Shown: positions 37,307-47,397 of the stretch, piece by piece | Layout of the letters: each line of letters opens with the position of its first letter | How positions within the stretch are numbered: the stretch's first letter is position 1 | Origin: Cyanophyceae cyanobacterium | GTDB lineage: Bacteria > Cyanobacteriota > Cyanobacteriia > Cyanobacteriales > JBHJGN01 | DNA: 64,000 nucleotides | Assembly (NCBI GenBank): GCA_050331735.1 | Contig: JBHJGN010000063.1 | Location: 4,174-68,173 of the forward strand | Direction: 5' to 3' | Translations under genes and position numbers: made by a program | Notes under the pieces: generated by a model | Seen by the model: only the letters and a program-made list of their open reading frames with translations | Database searches by the model: none | What the model was told of the DNA's origin: nothing

Positions 37307-37909
37307 ATGCCAATTGGAGTTCCTAGTGTTCCTTATCGTCTTCCCGGCAGTTCCTACGAGCAGTGGATCAGCATTTATGAACGTCTGTTTCGGGAGCGGA
37401 TTATTTTTTTGGCCGAAGAAGTCACCGATGGCATCGCCAATGCCATTGTGGCCTACATGCTCTATCTAGATTCGGAAGACCCGAGTAAACCGATCTATCT
37501 CTACATCAACTCTCCAGGGGGATCCGTCACCGCAGGCATGGCCATCTACGATACCATGCAGCACATTAAATCTGACGTGATTACGATCTGCGTAGGTCTG
37601 GCGGCTTCCATGGGAGCATTTCTGCTGGCGGCAGGCACTCCAGGAAAACGACTGGCTTTGGCTCACTCTCGGATTATGATTCACCAGCCTCTTGGCGGTG
37701 TTCAAGGACGAAGACAGGCATCGGATATCGAAATTGAAGCCCGAGAAATCCTGCGCATTCGCCAGCAACTGAACGAGATGATGGCAGAAAGAACCGGACA
37801 ACCCCTCGAAAAAATTGAGAAAGACACCGACCGCGACTTCTTCATGTCTGCCGAGGAAGCGAAAGAGTATGGCCTGGTCGATCAGGTGATCGAAGGAGGG
37901 GCTGAGTAA
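37307..37909 (+). CDS. clpP3: ATP-dependent Clp protease proteolytic subunit ClpP3
   Basis: The triad context is intact ([26 protein letters not shown]). The gene is adjacent to clpR, as in other cyanobacteria. Confidence 0.9.
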   Translation: MPIGVPSVPYRLPGSSYEQWISIYERLFRERIIFLAEEVTDGIANAIVAYMLYLDSEDPSKPIYLYINSPGGSVTAGMAIYDTMQHIKSDVITICVGLAASMGAFLLAAGTPGKRLALAHSRIMIHQPLGGVQGRRQASDIEIEAREILRIRQQLNEMMAERTGQPLEKIEKDTDRDFFMSAEEAKEYGLVDQVIEGGAE

Positions 37910-38227
37910 TATTTAGAAGTGAGCAAATTGATGACTCAGGTCGCTCAGCAATACCTGCTGTGAAGCTGTATCTGCGCTACCCTGGGGAGGAAGTAAACTA
38001 GCCTAGATAGGCATCAGGAGCGAAAAGGTTATTCCGGGAGAGAGGGAGATCAAACCTCCTTATGAGAATGTCTTGGATTGCTCTGTTGTGCCTCTTAGGA
38101 ATATTCCGGTCTGACGCCGCTTGATAGAGAGGAAACGTCCTGTCTGGGATGTCATCAAGAGTCAGCGCGGCTAAGATGTTGTGTGGGGAAAGCTCAAAAC
38201 CATTGGTATTGCTAATAACATCGACCG

Positions 38228-40345
38228 ATGATGTCTTCTGTTCTCCACCAACGTAGGGGGAAGCGACGATTCAACTCGCTCAAGCCTTGGCCCTGGCTAG
38301 TTAGTTTCGGCTTCTCGCTAATATTCCCGGCGGTCGCGCTAGCCCAAGATCCTGGGGAGGAAGCGAGAAGCTGCTCAACGCTAGAGTCATGGCGAGCGAT
38401 CGCACCGCTCGTGGAGACGGCAGAGCGGTCAAACAGCGCTGTGGGCGTTCCCGCTGGTGCTCAGAACAATGAGGTCACCAACGAGCGGTGCTTGACTCCT
38501 CGCGAGCAGGAGGAAGCACTCTTGACCGAAGTTTGCTTGCCGACAGAAAAAGCGATCACGTTGGGGTTCGCCACTGCCTCAAACGAGCGTGCTCCATCGA
38601 TGTGGACAAGTACAGCTTCTTTAGTCAGCGATTCCCGAGAAGTTGTTGCCTGTGTTGAAGAGTTAAATACAGCCCTCAGGGACTCTGAACCGCAAGAAGC
38701 CCCACACGTTGAAGCAGAATCTATTAGTGCCGAGCTGCTGCCGCAAATTGAAGCCCCAGATTTTACGGTGACGGCGATCAGACAGCAGGCAGAAATCAAA
38801 AACCAAAGCGATCGCCGGGTGACTGAATACCAGGGTGAGTTAACCGCTCTGGGAACGCTCTTGGGCGGGAGCTGGTTTATGCAAACGGAGCAACCCGATC
38901 TGACGAGCGAGCATTCTTGGCGAATCGAAGAAGCTCAATACCTGCGCCAAACTAAATTTGCTGATTTTGTCGTTGGTTCTCAGCGCTCGTTTTGGCCGAC
39001 GGCAGACGAAAATGACTACTGGGGCATGACTGCCATCAGAAGATGGGGATTCAAGTCTCCTCAAACTCAGGCAGATTTCGATCCGCATCAAAGATTACAG
39101 GTTGTTCGGTCTAATCGTCCTGAGCAAATTCCGGCAGGGGCTTCTGCCCTCATTGTTTCTGGCGGTGCTGAGCGAGAAGTTTTAGAGAATGGCAACTTTT
39201 TCGGCAAGCTCCGAGAGTTTCAGGGAGGCATCGGCTACCGTTACGGGGTGACAGATACACTCACCTTCGGAACGGGCCTGATTGCTCACGGCTCAGTGAA
39301 AGGATTAGCAGAAGTCCTGTATGGGCCGACGGATATAGTACAGCTACAGCTTTCGGCCCTCAGTAATCCTCTTGATGGTCGTGTCGACCTCAATAGCCGC
39401 CTTCGCCTCTCTTCCCTAACGGTTGAGCTGGACTACAGCAGCGCTCGCCAGCTTGGTGAATTTACCGCCGACTGGCAGCTCTTGCCCAATTTTTCGCTGA
39501 TGGCCAGCGGGACGCTAGAGGAGCTCACGACGGGATTTCGCTTCGCTCACCGCTCTCCTGAGTTTTCGACATCTCTGAGGGCCGAGCTAGACGATGAGGG
39601 ATACCTGCTCTGGCGGCTGAGATCCCGCTGGGACCAGTTAAATTTAACTTCTCGCCGTTCCCAGAGAAACTCTCATTCTGAATTGAACTACAGCTTATCC
39701 GGCAGCGGCAACAGCGGACATTTTTTGAGCTTGAACTACCAAACCCGCAGCTCCAGACGCCGGGAAGACGATCTCTTAACGATTGGTTGGCGCTATCGTT
39801 CCCAGGAAAAGTCCCATCGCCAAAGGCTCTGGGAGGTGGAGTTAGGATATGCCGCTGGCTCTCAGGGCAGCGGATTTAGCGCTGCGGCTGCCACCGCCAT
39901 TGTTCCGGGATTAGGCGTCAGAGTAGGGTATCAGCAGATATCAGTTACCTCGGATGAACCCTCCTTTAATTTGGAATTAGTGCCTAATTTCGACGCTTCT
40001 GGAACCGCTGAAGAAGACCGCCTCGAACGTCTGCGCCAACAGGGAAGTTTGTGGATTCAGCCCTTTGTAGACAGCAATCGGAACGGTCGGTGGGACTATA
40101 AGGAAAAGCTTTACACAGACAAAACCGACTGGCTGCTGCTTGACAGTCAACCCGTGAGCGATCGCCAACCGGATATTCAGGAACAGGGCATTTTCGTCAA
40201 GCTCTTCCCGGCAACCTATCGTTTAGAGCTGGAGCTATCCCAACTGCCCGTGGGCTGGACAACAAATGTTGCGGCCTATGAGGTCGAGGTAGTTGCTGGC
40301 AGCTATACGTCGGTATTAATCCCGATTCAGCCCGCTGACGAGTAG
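38228..40345 (+). CDS. Large secreted/envelope hypothetical protein
   Basis: Signal peptide (WPWLVSFGFSLIFPAVALAQD), a central region rich in alternating beta-type segments, and a C-terminal ~80 aa resembling a CarboxypepD_reg/Cna-B-like beta-sandwich. No family was recognised. Confidence 0.5.
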   Translation: MMSSVLHQRRGKRRFNSLKPWPWLVSFGFSLIFPAVALAQDPGEEARSCSTLESWRAIAPLVETAERSNSAVGVPAGAQNNEVTNERCLTPREQEEALLTEVCLPTEKAITLGFATASNERAPSMWTSTASLVSDSREVVACVEELNTALRDSEPQEAPHVEAESISAELLPQIEAPDFTVTAIRQQAEIKNQSDRRVTEYQGELTALGTLLGGSWFMQTEQPDLTSEHSWRIEEAQYLRQTKFADFVVGSQRSFWPTADENDYWGMTAIRRWGFKSPQTQADFDPHQRLQVVRSNRPEQIPAGASALIVSGGAEREVLENGNFFGKLREFQGGIGYRYGVTDTLTFGTGLIAHGSVKGLAEVLYGPTDIVQLQLSALSNPLDGRVDLNSRLRLSSLTVELDYSSARQLGEFTADWQLLPNFSLMASGTLEELTTGFRFAHRSPEFSTSLRAELDDEGYLLWRLRSRWDQLNLTSRRSQRNSHSELNYSLSGSGNSGHFLSLNYQTRSSRRREDDLLTIGWRYRSQEKSHRQRLWEVELGYAAGSQGSGFSAAAATAIVPGLGVRVGYQQISVTSDEPSFNLELVPNFDASGTAEEDRLERLRQQGSLWIQPFVDSNRNGRWDYKEKLYTDKTDWLLLDSQPVSDRQPDIQEQGIFVKLFPATYRLELELSQLPVGWTTNVAAYEVEVVAGSYTSVLIPIQPADE

Positions 40346-40347
40346 TT

Positions 40348-41703
40348 TCAAGCTAAAACCGGGGCAGCAAGGCGCTCCCCTGTAAGGCTAAAGGCACGAG
40401 CTTCGGTAATTTTCACGGGGACAACCTGCCCCTTGAGTTCCTCAATTTTACCGGGGAAGAACGTGAGCCGATTGCCTCGGGTGCGCCCCATCACCTGAGC
40501 TGGCTCTTTCGGGTTTTGGTCTTCGACAAGCACCGCTTCTACCCGACCGCCATAGCGCTGCGATCGCTCTTGGGCTTTAATAGCGACCAAATGATTCAGC
40601 CGCTGGAGGCGGTCTGACTTAACCTCCTCGCTCAACTGATTATCCCATACCGCGGCTGGCGTTCCTGGACGGGGAGAATACGCTGCTGTGTTGAGCTGAT
40701 CGAAGCCAATCTCGTCTACGAGCTTGAGAGTATTCTCGAACTGCGCTTCTGTTTCTCCCGGAAACCCCACAATGGCATCGGCACTAATCGAGGCGTCGCT
40801 CATATGGGTCCGAATGGTTTCAATAATGCGACGATACTTCTGGTGAGTATAGCCCCTCGCCATTGCCTTCAAGATATCGTTGTCCCCCGACTGAAAGGGA
40901 ATATGGAAATGTTCGCACACCTTCGGCAACTCCTGACACGCTCGAATCAGCCGTTCGGTGAAGTAACGCGGATGACTGGTGGCAAAGCGGATCCGCTCCA
41001 CTCCCGGTACGTCGTGTACATAGTAGAGTAAATCTGTCAAGGTATGCTGATGGCGACCGGAGGGGGTACTGCCCGGTAAATCGCGCCCGTAGGCATCAAT
41101 ATTCTGCCCCAGCAGGGTAATTTCTTTGTACCCCTGTTGGCCCAACGCAACCATTTCTGTGCGAATTGCGTCGGGAGTCCGAGACTGTTCTACCCCCCGG
41201 ACACTGGGCACAACACAGTAGGTACAGCGTTCGTTGCAGCCGTAAATTACGTTCACCCAGGCCGTTACCTGAGACTCCCGACGCGGCTTAGTGATATCTT
41301 CAACGATATGGATTGGCTCGGTTGCCACGACTTGAGCCCCGTCAAAGACCTGCTGTAGCAAATCCTGGAGGCGATTGGCGTGCTGAGGCCCCAGGACGAG
41401 ATCGAGTTCGGGAACGCGCCGCAGCAACTGTTCTCCTTCTTGCTGAGCGACGCATCCGGCCACTACTAGGGTGAGGTCGGGCTGTTGATGCTTGCGCTTG
41501 GCCTGTCTGCCGAGGTAGGAATACACTTTCTGCTCGGCGTTATCGCGAATGGTGCAGGTATTGTAAAGGACAATATCGGCCCTATTAGGGTCGTCCGACC
41601 ACGCAAAGCCCATTTGGTCTAAAATGCCAGCCATCCGTTCTGAGTCGGCTTTATTCATCTGACAGCCAAAGGTCGTAATATGATAGCGACGGGAAGCACT
41701 CAT
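40348..41703 (-). CDS. miaB: tRNA (N6-isopentenyl-A37-C2)-methylthiotransferase
   Basis: N-terminal TFGCQMN, the radical-SAM motif CNERCTYC, and a TRAM domain. Confidence 0.9.
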   Translation of the reverse strand: MSASRRYHITTFGCQMNKADSERMAGILDQMGFAWSDDPNRADIVLYNTCTIRDNAEQKVYSYLGRQAKRKHQQPDLTLVVAGCVAQQEGEQLLRRVPELDLVLGPQHANRLQDLLQQVFDGAQVVATEPIHIVEDITKPRRESQVTAWVNVIYGCNERCTYCVVPSVRGVEQSRTPDAIRTEMVALGQQGYKEITLLGQNIDAYGRDLPGSTPSGRHQHTLTDLLYYVHDVPGVERIRFATSHPRYFTERLIRACQELPKVCEHFHIPFQSGDNDILKAMARGYTHQKYRRIIETIRTHMSDASISADAIVGFPGETEAQFENTLKLVDEIGFDQLNTAAYSPRPGTPAAVWDNQLSEEVKSDRLQRLNHLVAIKAQERSQRYGGRVEAVLVEDQNPKEPAQVMGRTRGNRLTFFPGKIEELKGQVVPVKITEARAFSLTGERLAAPVLA

Positions 41704-41786
41704 AGATCAATCGTCGAAGTTTAGTCTTTTATTATAGCGAAAGGGTAATGGTTGATTGCCGATAGCAGCTATTAACCATCACCCTT

Positions 41787-42182
41787 TCAACGGGAAGGCG
41801 TACTAATTTGAGAGAGGTTCCAGTCCGGTCTAAGGTTTTTTGCCTGACGCAGATAGGGATGAACGATTTCTTGTTGCAGATGAGGAGTGTTGAGGTGAAT
41901 CAGTACGCGAATGCAGCGCTCTAGACTACCCTCAACGTGCATTTGTTGTACATCTAAAAGGGGAACGTTGTTCCACCGCGGACGTTTCCTGGCAATCGCC
42001 GCTGGAAATACGGCATCAAGGTCAGAGGTGGTTGTAAAGATGACGCTGATAATTTCCTCGGGATCGACGTTGTTGCGAGTTTCGATGGCGTCTAGCAGTT
42101 CTAAAACGACTTCCTCAATCGCCTCAGTTGAGTTTTCCCAGGTCGTTGTTGCTCCGCGAATTGCTCGCACTCTCCACTGCAC
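41787..42182 (-). CDS. aroH: Chorismate mutase, AroH class
   Basis: Begins VRAIRGATT. A GTG at 42182 preceded by GGAGGA (8-nt spacer) fits better than the track ATG at 42221, which overlaps sppA. Confidence 0.8.
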   Translation of the reverse strand: MQWRVRAIRGATTTWENSTEAIEEVVLELLDAIETRNNVDPEEIISVIFTTTSDLDAVFPAAIARKRPRWNNVPLLDVQQMHVEGSLERCIRVLIHLNTPHLQQEIVHPYLRQAKNLRPDWNLSQISTPSR

Positions 42183-42202
42183 TTGCCAATTCCTCCGCTC
42201 AC

Positions 42203-43024
42203 TTAAGGACGGTACATCCATAGGGGCTGACCACTGGTCCTCAGTTCAAATTCTACCCAATCGAGGGCCGAAGCCATTCTTGATTTCGCTCGGTTTCTGC
42301 CCGGGATAATCCGGCTAAACCAAGGTTTCGGTTCTTCGATAGTTTGACATTCGGCCTTGTCGGGGTCAAGTCCTGCTAACTCAGCAGCCCAGCGGCGAGC
42401 ATCGGCTTCGGTACCGAGGCGGTCGACCACTCCCAACTGAAGCGCTTGCTGGCCCGTAAAAATGCGACCGTCAGCAAAGCTTTTTACGGTTTCTACCTCT
42501 AGCTTGCGTCCCTCGGCGACGGTCTGCACAAATTGCTGATAGCTGGTATCAATCAGTTCTTGGAGAATATTTTCTTCGTCATGAGTTAATTCGCGATCGA
42601 ATGCCAAAATATCTTTATAGGGACCAGATTTGACGACTTTAAAGGAAACCCCGACTTTATCCAGCAGCCGCTCGAGGTTATTGCCGCGTAAAATCACGCC
42701 GATACTGCCGGTAATTGTGCCCGGATTGGCCATAATATGTTCAGCGCCGACACCAATGTAAACACCGCCAGAGGCGGAAATATTCCCAAAGCTGGCGACG
42801 ATTTTGACATGCTCGCGCAGTTTTTTAAGAGCTTCATAAATTTCCTGAGAGTCGCCAACCGTGCCGCCAGGAGAATCAATGCGCAGCAGCAGTGCCGGAA
42901 ACTGCTTCTCTTTGACCTCATCGAGAGCTTTGAGAACTCGCCTGCGCGTATCGGAGGCGATCGCTCCAGTAATTTCAATCCGAGCCACTTTCTTAGTGGT
43001 TTTTGATTTAAAAGGCCATAGCAT
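42203..43024 (-). CDS. sppA: Signal peptide peptidase SppA, 36K type
   Basis: ClpP/crotonase-fold S49 motifs are present (IDSPGG, ASGGVYI). The internal ATG gives about 273 aa. Confidence 0.85.
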   Translation of the reverse strand: MLWPFKSKTTKKVARIEITGAIASDTRRRVLKALDEVKEKQFPALLLRIDSPGGTVGDSQEIYEALKKLREHVKIVASFGNISASGGVYIGVGAEHIMANPGTITGSIGVILRGNNLERLLDKVGVSFKVVKSGPYKDILAFDRELTHDEENILQELIDTSYQQFVQTVAEGRKLEVETVKSFADGRIFTGQQALQLGVVDRLGTEADARRWAAELAGLDPDKAECQTIEEPKPWFSRIIPGRNRAKSRMASALDWVEFELRTSGQPLWMYRP

Positions 43025-43238
43025 AGTCGAAAGTATCAATAATGGCGGATAGATTTTGAGCAGGACAGGCTCAATAGGGACCGATGAGCCGCTCATCCAA
43101 TGTTATTTATTTAACTTAATTGATTTTCAATCCTTTTCTGGGCAAATTCGGTTTTTTAATCCAGAATTTTTTTACAAAAATACACGAATCACTAAAATTA
43201 GGGAAAGACGAACAAATCGACAACGGCCACTGTGCTCC

Positions 43239-44234
43239 ATGATAGAATCCAAGCTCAAATCAAACCTCGACCATGCCCCGTGGCTGCTGATTGCTCCTTT
43301 TTTCTTATGGGGAACGGCGATGGTGGCGATGAAAGGCATCCTGCCAGAGACGACTCCGCTGTTTATGGCCGGGGTCCGTCTCCTGCCAGCAGGAATGCTA
43401 GTGCTAGCGGCAGCCGCTTGGCAGGGACGATCACAGCCAGCGAGTTCCAAGGCTTGGCTGTGGATTGGCTTGTTTGCGCTGGTAGATGGCGCTCTGTTTC
43501 AGGGGTTTCTGGCCCAAGGATTGGTGAGAACCGGCGCTGGATTGGGTTCTGTTATTATCGATTCTCAGCCTCTAGCGGTGGCGCTGCTCTCAAGCTGGCT
43601 GTTCGGAGAAGTTATTGGTTTCTGGGGCTGGCTCGGATTGTCGATTGGCGTTTTGGGTATTAGTTTAATTAGTGTTCCAGACGGACTGATCGTCAATCTG
43701 CTAGAGCTGCAGGCCGCCCCGATGCCCTGGCCAGCGTTATTCAACAGCGGAGAGTGGTTTATGCTGTTAGCATCGCTGTCGATGGCGGTGGGAACAGTCA
43801 GCATTCGATTTGTCTGTCGTCATGCCGACCCGGTGGTGGCAACCGGCTGGCACATGATTTTAGGAGGATTACCGCTGTTTGCTTTGTCGGGTCTGTTTGA
43901 GACGCAGCAGTGGAGTCAGCTTGATTTTCAGGGCTGGTTGGCCTTGGGCTACGCGACGGTTTTTGGCAGTGCGATCGCCTACGGTCTCTTCTTCTATTTA
44001 GCGTCTCAAGGAAACCTTACTAGTTTAAGCTCTCTGACTTTTCTCACTCCGGTATTTGCCCTCGCGTTCGGGAGTTTTTTCTTAGCAGAGGTTTTGAGTT
44101 TTTTACAGTGGACTGGAGTGGGATTAACTTTAGTCAGTATCTATTTGATTAATCGGCGCGAACAGCTCGAACGTTTCTTTGAGAGCAAACGCGCTCCCAA
44201 CCTTGCCTCAACGCCTCCGATCGAGAAGTCGTAA
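43239..44234 (+). CDS. EamA/DMT-family transporter
   Basis: About ten TM helices in two EamA repeats. The start was moved to the first ATG before TM1. Confidence 0.8.
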   Translation: MIESKLKSNLDHAPWLLIAPFFLWGTAMVAMKGILPETTPLFMAGVRLLPAGMLVLAAAAWQGRSQPASSKAWLWIGLFALVDGALFQGFLAQGLVRTGAGLGSVIIDSQPLAVALLSSWLFGEVIGFWGWLGLSIGVLGISLISVPDGLIVNLLELQAAPMPWPALFNSGEWFMLLASLSMAVGTVSIRFVCRHADPVVATGWHMILGGLPLFALSGLFETQQWSQLDFQGWLALGYATVFGSAIAYGLFFYLASQGNLTSLSSLTFLTPVFALAFGSFFLAEVLSFLQWTGVGLTLVSIYLINRREQLERFFESKRAPNLASTPPIEKS

Positions 44235-44446
44235 GCGAGGCATGATACCTCGGATAGGTAAGTAACAATACTTAGATTTCATAAAGATTTACCCCAATCT
44301 TCGCTAAGATAATGCTTAACTCAATGGTGGATACCAAGGTAACCCCTAAGAAGACGGTGATTTTACTGATTCCATGCCTTTTTGACAACGGTAGGATTAA
44401 GTAAGCTCAGAGTAGTACTGGATGCCCGACCACCTCCTGTGATGAT

Positions 44447-45664
44447 ATGATTTTCTATCGCTCTCCCCTAATGTTCGCCCTCTGCGTTACCTGCCTGGGC
44501 CTAATTTCTAGCTTTGAACGCCATGCTGGTCAAGCAACCACCCTCGCTGCCCCAAAGACGCTGCTACTAGAAGTAGCTCAGGCTCGCCCCGATGCTTTTG
44601 AGCGCAGGATCGAGGAGGGAAACGAGGCCCTTGAGCAGCAAGATTATCAAACAGCGATCGAGAGGTTTGAGCAGGCTCTGTCTCTCCGCCCCGATAGTGA
44701 ATCTGCTCAACAATCGTTACGCACTGCCCAAAGCTTTGCCTACGATCAGTATATGAACGCCGGATACGAGGCCACTAGACAGAAAGAATATCAAAGCGCT
44801 CTAGAGAATTTTCAGCAAGCCTTGGCTGTTCGCCCAGATGATTTGTACGCTCAGCAGGCCATCCGCAATATCCAGAACTATCAAGAGAGAGGCGAGGTAT
44901 CAGGAAACAGATTTTGGTGGATTGTAGGAGCAGCAGCGGTTGTTGTGGGGGTGGGCTTATTCTTCCTGGTGAAGAGACTGTCACAACCAGAATTAGCGAC
45001 TGAGCAAGACGAATCAGTTCCCCAGCTTGGCTCTTCAGAAGCACGTGGTTTACAGGCACTCGAGCAGGCCACCGAAGGGACTCAAAGAGTTCATATGGTC
45101 CAGGAGCCTGCTGAATCCCGAGCTCCCAAAGCTCCAGATAGCTCTGTTCCTCTACAGCAGACCACTCGCTTACCGAATCTTGATATTGTTAGCGAGCTGA
45201 TTAAAGATCTAGAAGAACTCGACCCCAGAAGACGACGCAAGTCGATTTGGGAACTGGCTCAGCGAGGAGACTCTCGGGCCGTTAAACCCTTAGTCGCTGT
45301 GATGACCGATGCTGATTCTCACGAACGTAGCTTGATTTTGGCAGCCCTGTCCCAGATCTGCGTTCGCACTCTCAAACCGATTAATCAAGCTCTGGCCATT
45401 TCGCTACAGGATGAAAATGCTCAGGTTCGTAAGAACGCGATTCGAGATTCCACGAAAATCTACGACCTAATGCTCCAGGTTCGTCAACTGCTGCGCCATG
45501 CTTCTGAAGATCCTGATAAAGAAGTGCGAGATACAGCACAGTGGGCGCTCAAGCAGCTAGAGATGAAGCAAAAACCAATGGCAGAGCAGCAATTAACGCT
45601 TCAGCCAGAGCAAGCTCACGCCTCGGAATCTTCTAATTCGATTCATTCTTCGGCAGAAAGCTAG
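44447..45664 (+). CDS. TPR-repeat / TM / HEAT(PBS-lyase-type)-repeat protein
   Basis: Signal or TM segment, three TPR-like units (YQTAIERFEQAL..RPD), a TM helix (WWIVGAAAVVVGVGLFFLV), then HEAT_PBS-like repeats (RRKSIWELAQRGDSRAVKPLV, ENAQVRKNA, DKEVRDTAQWAL). Confidence 0.65.
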   Translation: MIFYRSPLMFALCVTCLGLISSFERHAGQATTLAAPKTLLLEVAQARPDAFERRIEEGNEALEQQDYQTAIERFEQALSLRPDSESAQQSLRTAQSFAYDQYMNAGYEATRQKEYQSALENFQQALAVRPDDLYAQQAIRNIQNYQERGEVSGNRFWWIVGAAAVVVGVGLFFLVKRLSQPELATEQDESVPQLGSSEARGLQALEQATEGTQRVHMVQEPAESRAPKAPDSSVPLQQTTRLPNLDIVSELIKDLEELDPRRRRKSIWELAQRGDSRAVKPLVAVMTDADSHERSLILAALSQICVRTLKPINQALAISLQDENAQVRKNAIRDSTKIYDLMLQVRQLLRHASEDPDKEVRDTAQWALKQLEMKQKPMAEQQLTLQPEQAHASESSNSIHSSAES

Positions 45665-45673
45665 CACAGCGCA

Positions 45674-45809
45674 CAGTGATTAGTTACCAGTTACCGCTTG
45701 GTAGGGGTAGGGCTGAGCATGAGAGAATAGGGGTGTGGAAGTCACCAGTGACCGGATTAGATGAGCCAGTTACTGGTTACTAATAACGGCTGACTGGTCA
45801 CTGATTGAA
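45674..45809. repeat. STRR-like heptanucleotide repeat tracts (YAGTKAC / TGGTYAC type)
   Basis: The tracts are cagtgat tagttac cagttac (45674-45694), gtcac ca gtgac (45741-45752) and cagttac tggttac taataac ggctgac tggtcac tgattga (45767-45808). Confidence 0.8.
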
Positions 45810-46877
45810 ATGTTTCGTTCGCTCAACTTACTGTTGCTTTCGACTCCCGTTGGTCCTTTAGGATCGGGAATTGGGGGTGGGGTAGAGCTGACGGTCTTAA
45901 ATCTTGCTCAGGAAATGCAGCGGCGGGGACATCGGGTTGAAGTTGTTGCTCCGGACGGCTCTCAGCTTCCTCAAATTCCGGTACAAGAAATCCCCGGCGT
46001 TTTCCAGATAGCGGCTCAGTCTCAGAGTCGAGAGATGCCGATTAGTATGCCGAGCAACTCTGTGCTGGCCAATATGTGGGAGTATGCTCGTCGCGTTCAG
46101 GCGCAGTGGGATTTGATCGTTAATTTTGCCTTTGACTGGCTGCCTTTTTATCTAACACCCTATTTAAGCGTTCCAGTGGCTCACTTTATCAGTATGGGGT
46201 CGATGACGGAGGCGCTGGATGCCGTAATGGGGGGAGTAGCGGAACGCTATCCTGGCACAATTGGAGTTTATACGCGAGCACAGGCTCAAACTTTTCCCTT
46301 TGCTCAGTCCTGCCGCATTTTAGGAAGTGGCATCGATTTGTCGCTGTATCAATTTTGCTCTGAACCTCAAAATACTCTTGCCTGGTTAGGGCGAATTGCT
46401 CCGGAGAAGGCGCTAGAAGATGCCGTCGCAGCAGCGCAGCAGTCTGATGTTTTCCTTAAGGTTTTCGGCAAGATGCAGGAGCCAGACTACTGGGAGCAGA
46501 TTTTGAGAGACTATCCTGATGCTCCTGTAGAGTATGTTGGTTTCTTCCCGACTGCCGATTTGCAGCAGCAGTTACGCTCCTGCCGTGCTCTGCTGATGAC
46601 GCCTCGCTGGGTAGAAGCGTTTGGCAATGTTGCCATTGAAGCGCTAGCCTGCGGAGTACCGGTGATTGCTTATGATCGCGGTGGACCAGCGGAAATCGTG
46701 CAGGATGGTAGAACAGGGTTTTTAGTTGAACCTGATAGCGTTACAGGGCTAGTTGAGGCTATTGAGCGCTTAAGCGAAATTGACCGCCACGCCTGCCGGG
46801 AGCAGGCGGAGGCAAAATATTCTCTAGAGGCGCTCGGCGATCGCTTTCAGTTTTGGTTTGAAGAAATTCTATCCTAG
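45810..46877 (+). CDS. GT-B fold glycosyltransferase (family 4 / group 1)
   Basis: The N-terminus has a G-rich loop. The C-terminal region has E.FG....EA.A.G.PV.....GG..E.V..G.TGFL. Confidence 0.8.
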   Translation: MFRSLNLLLLSTPVGPLGSGIGGGVELTVLNLAQEMQRRGHRVEVVAPDGSQLPQIPVQEIPGVFQIAAQSQSREMPISMPSNSVLANMWEYARRVQAQWDLIVNFAFDWLPFYLTPYLSVPVAHFISMGSMTEALDAVMGGVAERYPGTIGVYTRAQAQTFPFAQSCRILGSGIDLSLYQFCSEPQNTLAWLGRIAPEKALEDAVAAAQQSDVFLKVFGKMQEPDYWEQILRDYPDAPVEYVGFFPTADLQQQLRSCRALLMTPRWVEAFGNVAIEALACGVPVIAYDRGGPAEIVQDGRTGFLVEPDSVTGLVEAIERLSEIDRHACREQAEAKYSLEALGDRFQFWFEEILS

Positions 46878-46912
46878 GAATACACAAAAAAACTTCGTGA
46901 AGGTCTAATTGA

Positions 46913-47231
46913 GTGACGATAGCTCTCTACAGAGATGAGCATGTGCCCAAATCAGTTATCGATGGATTAAAGAGGCGTCGACGTTTTAACGGTACAAAAA
47001 GATGGTTATGTCGGTATTCCTGACCGTTCAGCTAGCCTTCAGCGAATTGTGCTTTCACAGGATCAAGATTTCTTGGCTGAGGCAAAACGCCGTCAGATGA
47101 ATAATATCAGATTTGCTGGGGTTATTTTTGCCCAGCAGACTCGTCTTTCTATTGGTGACTGTATTCGTGACCTAGAAATTATCGCTCAAGCAGGCAATCC
47201 GGAGGATTTAGTCAACCGCGTTCAGTATTGA
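46913..47231 (+). pseudogene. Frameshifted DUF5615 (PIN-like, VapC-related) gene without a visible DUF433 partner
   Basis: Frame A (GTG at 46913) encodes VTIALYRDEHVPKSVIDGLKRR. The homologous continuation GVDVLTVQKDGYVGIPDRSASLQRIVLSQDQDFL...VIFAQQTRLSIGDCIRDLEIIAQ lies in another frame beginning about 46974. Confidence 0.65.
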
Positions 47232-47397
47232 CCCCTGTAAAGGGCGTTTTGCCCGCCACATTCAGATTAAGCCAGCGTTCCTTACAAAAAAAATGCAAAA
47301 TTTCTGTAAAAAGTTGCCATTACTACATACTTAACTTGCACATTGAGAATAAAAATCATATATATGTAACGTTTTCTGTTTTCCTCGTCATCAATTA

